Source of the DNA: Planctomycetales bacterium
Lineage (GTDB): Bacteria > Planctomycetota > Planctomycetia > Pirellulales > S012-138
Assembly: GCA_015488215.1 (NCBI GenBank)
Contig: WFOE01000064.1
Location: forward strand, 1 to 63,599
Direction: 5' to 3'
DNA: 63,599 nucleotides
Shown here: piece after piece, positions 57,749-63,599 of the stretch
Numbering within the stretch: the stretch's first letter is position 1
How the letters are laid out: each line of letters opens with the position of its first letter
Notes under the pieces: generated by a model
Databases searched by the model: none
Told to the model about the DNA's origin: nothing
Seen by the model: the letters and a program-made list of their open reading frames with translations, nothing else
Position numbers and translations under genes: made by a program

Positions 57749-58855
57749 CTATTTCCCTTTGCCTAAAAATGTGCGGATGGAATCGTAAATGGCTTCCTCG
57801 TCCGGAATCTGCGAGGTGAGCACGTTGTCGTGATAAGGGACCACAGCCGACTCCAACGCTCGCAGGTAGTCTCCGCTGCCGTAGGGGCTTTCCACCTGCC
57901 CGTAGCAGAACAGGTTCACCTGGGGGGCGATCTGTTCCCGCAACAGGCGGATGCTCCGGCGGTTGTCTTCGCCCCAGTTGTCCCCGTCGGAAAACTGGAA
58001 GCAGTAGATGTTCCACTGTTCCGGCGGATAGTGCTGGCGGATCAGTTGCAGGCAGACTTCGTAGGCCGTGCTGATCCGCGTGCCGCCGCTTTCCCGGGTG
58101 CGGTAGAACGTCTCCTCGTCCACTTCGCGGGCCACCGCGTCGTGGATCACATAGCGCCGCTGGACCCCTTCGTATTGAGATTTCAACCACGTGTCGATCC
58201 AGAACGCTTCAGTGCGGACGATTCGCTTCTGTTCATCGGTCATGGAGCCGGAAACGTCCATCATGTAGATGATCGCCGCGTTGGCCATCGGCTCGCGCGT
58301 TACGGTCCAGGAGCGGTAGCGGCGGTCTTCGCGGAAGGGGACCACCCGGGGCCGCCTCGGGTCGTAGGTGCCCGAGGCCACCTGCCGCCGCAACGCTTGC
58401 AGGTACGTCCGCTTGAAGTGCCGCAGCGATTCCGGACCGGTGGAACGAATCGTGTTGTAGCGGTATTTTTCCTCGTGGATCGAGTCCTGTCCCTTGGGCT
58501 GGATGCGGGGCAGTTCCAGCTCTTCGGCCATCAGTTGGGCCAGTTCTTCGAGGGAGACTTCCACTTCGAGCATGTGTTCGCCGGGCTCGCTTCCGGCCTG
58601 GCCGGGGCCGTCCTGTTGTCCCTGTCCCGGGCCAAGCGGCGTGCCCACCTCGCCCTCGCCCTGGCCCACGCCCCCGGAGCCTTTTTCGCCGTAGCGGAAA
58701 TGGGGCACATCCAACTGGGGCACTGGGATGCTGACCAGTTGCTTCCCCTTGCGGCCAATCAGTTCCGACTGCGACATGTATTTGCGCAGGTTCTGGCGGA
58801 TCTTGCCGCGGACGATCTGGCGGAACCGATGATGGTCCTGTTCGATCTGCAACAC
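57749..58855 (-). CDS. yeaH: YeaH/YhbH (DUF444) family protein
   Basis: Conserved blocks [18 protein letters not shown], a Gly/Gln-rich loop, and the vWA-like [11 protein letters not shown]...FSDGDNW. I propose GTG at 58855 (AGGAGG upstream), because the longer ORF (to 59086) would overlap prkA by 140 nt. Confidence 0.9.
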   Translation of the reverse strand: MLQIEQDHHRFRQIVRGKIRQNLRKYMSQSELIGRKGKQLVSIPVPQLDVPHFRYGEKGSGGVGQGEGEVGTPLGPGQGQQDGPGQAGSEPGEHMLEVEVSLEELAQLMAEELELPRIQPKGQDSIHEEKYRYNTIRSTGPESLRHFKRTYLQALRRQVASGTYDPRRPRVVPFREDRRYRSWTVTREPMANAAIIYMMDVSGSMTDEQKRIVRTEAFWIDTWLKSQYEGVQRRYVIHDAVAREVDEETFYRTRESGGTRISTAYEVCLQLIRQHYPPEQWNIYCFQFSDGDNWGEDNRRSIRLLREQIAPQVNLFCYGQVESPYGSGDYLRALESAVVPYHDNVLTSQIPDEEAIYDSIRTFLGKGK

Positions 58856-58946
58856 GGCGGTCTGTCCTCCTGGGCGTCGGGTTCGGGCGGCTGCGGCGCA
58901 TACTCTCCCCCGGGTCGGCCCCACCGGGGGGGCCAGCGGCCGGGAG

Positions 58947-60995
<2,049 letters not shown>

Positions 60996-61494
60996 GGTGA
61001 AACCTCACAAGCCAAGGGGGCTGGGCAGTCCAGAAAGAGTTTGACGCGCCGGCCATGGGCGCGCAATGCCCTCTGGAAACTACCCTGGGATGTCTTGCAG
61101 AATGCCCGTGGTGGCGAAAACGCGCAAGAGCACCGGCCGCCGGGCGAACACGGCCTCGCCACGGCGCAGCATCAACCCGGGGCGCACTGTCACCCGGGCT
61201 CAATCACCACAGAAAATCAAGCAACGGTCGATGCTGGCGTTTCCGCCAGGGATCTGTTGCCAAAGATCAAAGAACGAGGGGGAGGAGAGATTCCTCCGAC
61301 AGTTGCCCCGATTGGTTTCCCACTATTCAAGTATCGTTTGCCCGGCGTCTCCAGGCAAGCCCAACTTCTTTTCCTAAAGCGACGGGCCAGACCGATTTCG
61401 GCGGAAGTCTTTTCATTGCTTTGAGTTGTAAAATTTCGGTTCAGAACGCTTGCACTCACCAGAAACCAGCTCATGTGGGGGGGAGAGCATGCGT

Positions 61495-61935
61495 TCACTC
61501 TCCCGCCTCCTCCTCGCCCAAGGCCCGCCGCACGCTTTCTAGCAGCCGGTCCATGGCGAAGGGCTTGCGGATGTAGTCCGATACGCTGAGCATCTCCGCA
61601 TAGGCTTTGTGGCGGCTTCCTTCGTTGGCCGTAATCATGATGACCGGCAGCAGTTGATCGTCCTGCTGGTTGCGTCGCAGCCGTTCCAGCACCAGGAAGC
61701 CGCTTCGCTTGGGCATCATCATGTCCAGGATGACCAGGTCGGGCGATTCCCGCTCGGCCATAGCCAGCCCCTGGTTGCCGTCGCGGGCCACGAGGACTTC
61801 GTAGCCCCGGGCCTGAAGAGCCATGCGGATTGACTCGACGATTTCCGGGTCGTCGTCCACGATGAGGATTCGCTTGGCGGGCGCTTCGGTTTCTTTTTCC
61901 TCGGCCGCGGTGCGGTTTGTACTGCGTTTGGCCAT
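61495..61935 (-). CDS. Stand-alone receiver-domain response regulator
   Basis: ATG at 61935 inside ORF 61495..62487. ILIVDDDPEIV, LVILDMMMPKRSG, VIMITA and IRKP. Confidence 0.85.
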   Translation of the reverse strand: MAKRSTNRTAAEEKETEAPAKRILIVDDDPEIVESIRMALQARGYEVLVARDGNQGLAMAERESPDLVILDMMMPKRSGFLVLERLRRNQQDDQLLPVIMITANEGSRHKAYAEMLSVSDYIRKPFAMDRLLESVRRALGEEEAGE

Positions 61936-62081
61936 GACTGGCTCCCCCTGTAGTCCAACTTGGCGAGGTAATCTGGATTTCAGGCGTGAGCCCTGCAAGG
62001 GCTTCGTTGGCGGGATACGGTTCCAGTATGTAAAAAGAAACGAAAGAATGCTACCCACCCGAAACGAGTTCCCGCCCCCTG

Positions 62082-62951
62082 TTGGCCTCCGGCTGGAGAA
62101 GCCCCGTGTCGCTTGCCTTGGCCTGTACGTTGCACGCCCAGTGGCTGGAAGAATCACCCCAGTGGGCCGAGATTCCCGGACGTTTGGGTTTTTCGCATGT
62201 GCAATGGATTGCCGCTTGGGACCAGCCGGAGGAGTTCCGCCCACGGGTGCTTGCCCTGCTGGAAAAGTTCCCGGTCGGGGAAGCCGCCCCAGGTAATTCG
62301 CTGTGGTTGAAGCCGCATCCGGAGCGGGAAATCCGTCTGGAGGAGGACGAGCTGCGGCGGCTGTTGGACCGGATGGCCCAGCGCCAGTGGCACTCCCTGG
62401 TGTTGCCGGCTGGAGTGCTTCCCGGCTGGCAGGTGTTGGAGCAGGAAGCCTCGGCTCGGCAGTGGTCCCCGGCGGCCGAAGCAGCACTTGCCCGACTGGA
62501 ACGGCTGTTTGCGGATAGTGCCGTAACGGTGCTGCTGGACGTAGCGCATCCGGCTACCGAAAACCCGAAAGCCACCGCCCAAGCCCTGGGCCGCTGGGGG
62601 CATCCTCGGGGGCGGCTCTGGTTGGACCTGGGAGCCCAGGCGTTGCGGTTCCCTTATTCCCAGGTGGAAGTGGCCATGCAGCGCTGGTTTGGCATCCTGG
62701 GCGGGGTGGCCTTGCGCGACGCGGTGCCGGAAATGCCGCTGGAGTGGACGCCTTCGCCGGGCCAGGGCGGGGAGATCGACTTCGCCCGCTGCTGGCAGAT
62801 TCTTTCCACAGGCGCTTTCGGCGGCCTGGCCAGCGTGGTGCAGGGGCGCCGCCGGGGGCGCAAACGCCGCCTGAGCCCGGAACAATGGGAACAGGAGCTA
62901 CGCGAAGGGCTAGAGCATCTGCACTACTGCGGCTGGCCGGTCCCGGGATAG
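62082..62951 (+). CDS. Hypothetical protein (289 aa)
   Basis: Coding-like composition. The only in-frame start is TTG at 62082. No family recognised. Confidence 0.45.
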   Translation: MASGWRSPVSLALACTLHAQWLEESPQWAEIPGRLGFSHVQWIAAWDQPEEFRPRVLALLEKFPVGEAAPGNSLWLKPHPEREIRLEEDELRRLLDRMAQRQWHSLVLPAGVLPGWQVLEQEASARQWSPAAEAALARLERLFADSAVTVLLDVAHPATENPKATAQALGRWGHPRGRLWLDLGAQALRFPYSQVEVAMQRWFGILGGVALRDAVPEMPLEWTPSPGQGGEIDFARCWQILSTGAFGGLASVVQGRRRGRKRRLSPEQWEQELREGLEHLHYCGWPVPG

Positions 62952-62957
62952 TTGCGG

Positions 62958-63551
62958 TTAGAATCCTCCCCAGGGCAGCGTCAGCGCGGCGGCAAGCCGC
63001 AGCAGCCAGAGCGCACCGGCGGCATAAACGGCTGCGGCAAAGTCGTCGAGCATCACTCCCCAACCGCCGGGAAACCGCTCCAGTTGCCGCACCGGCACCG
63101 GTTTGGCGATATCAAACAGTCGGTGCAGCGCAAAGCCCAGCAGCCAGTAGGCGGCCACATACCACCAAGGGCCCAGTGGGAACGGGCAGAGCACGAACAC
63201 CAGCGGCACGGTGGCCAGCTCGTCCCAGACCACCTGGGGCGGATCGTGCCGGCCAAACCACGCCGCGGCCCGGCCGCATACCGGCACGCCAAGGAGAATC
63301 AACCCGGCGGTGATCCCCACCCCGGCAACCCAGGGAAGCCAGGCCAACGCAATCGCAACCAGCAAGCCCAGCAAGGCTCCCCAGGTGCCGGGAGCTGCAG
63401 GCAGGTATCCTGTGCCGAAACCGGTCGCCAGCCACAAGGCGAGCCGGTCGGAGCCGGTCGCTTCCCTAGCCCAAGACGCTGGGGGCGAAGGGGCCGTGGT
63501 GGGGCAGGATTGCGTTGGGAGTTCGGTCGAGTCGCCGCCGGGATTGGTCAT
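62958..63551 (-). CDS. pgpA: Phosphatidylglycerophosphatase A
   Basis: LATGFGTGYLPAAPGTWGAL, VVWDE and DIAKP are PgpA blocks. It has an N-terminal extension of about 35 aa. Confidence 0.85.
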   Translation of the reverse strand: MTNPGGDSTELPTQSCPTTAPSPPASWAREATGSDRLALWLATGFGTGYLPAAPGTWGALLGLLVAIALAWLPWVAGVGITAGLILLGVPVCGRAAAWFGRHDPPQVVWDELATVPLVFVLCPFPLGPWWYVAAYWLLGFALHRLFDIAKPVPVRQLERFPGGWGVMLDDFAAAVYAAGALWLLRLAAALTLPWGGF

Positions 63552-63599
63552 AGGAAAGTCTTTTGCGGCAAGGACAAGCTCACCTAATCGGACCGGGAA

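Noticed and set aside
61823-62487. Long N-terminal extension of the receiver ORF (61495..62487, 330 aa) and the overlapping plus-strand ORF 61823..62296.
   Set aside because: The extension is Pro/Arg/Gly-rich with no motif. The receiver domain begins right after ATG 61935, and the opposite-strand gene from 62082 has better coding character.

Overview
This is a visibly GC-rich chromosomal window with about 50 supported CDS and one tRNA-Pro(CGG). I found no rRNA, CRISPR array, transposase, integrase or prophage genes. The gene content looks like a Planctomycetota-type genome, but this is inference only: YTV-like cysteine-rich exported proteins, an ECF sigma/anti-sigma pair, a eukaryote-like Ser/Thr kinase, FAD_oxidored-type paralogues, a Kelch-like propeller protein and a CehA/McbA-like hydrolase. 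Recognisable housekeeping genes are comM, pcm, hisB, gatB, tilS, dinG-like, rpiB, a tsaC/LMW-phosphatase fusion, rsmG, pdxA and pgpA. Signalling and stress modules are Hpt + CheY-like + CheA, ECF sigma/anti-sigma, OxyR-like regulator + di-haem peroxidase, and receiver + prkA-yeaH-spoVR. I could not recognise a canonical defence, secretion or biosynthetic system. The features least explained by ordinary annotation are these. (1) Two families of structured mosaic intergenic repeats (called R1 and R2 here), with compensatory hairpin changes and variable heptamer counts, which nest together at two loci. (2) An extended receiver-prkA-yeaH-ORF69-spoVR-ORF167 gene string. (3) A single 872-aa HTTM + DCC(DUF393) + MORN-variant fusion protein. 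(4) A sodium:solute symporter with an insert of about 185 aa, paired with a YhdT-like small subunit. (5) A TsaC + LMW-phosphatase fusion next to rpiB. (6) An orphan outer-membrane efflux factor flanked by two cysteine-rich exported repeat proteins. Many long ORFs in the six-frame track are antisense shadows of real genes and were rejected. All domain calls come from reading motifs by eye. No database search was run.
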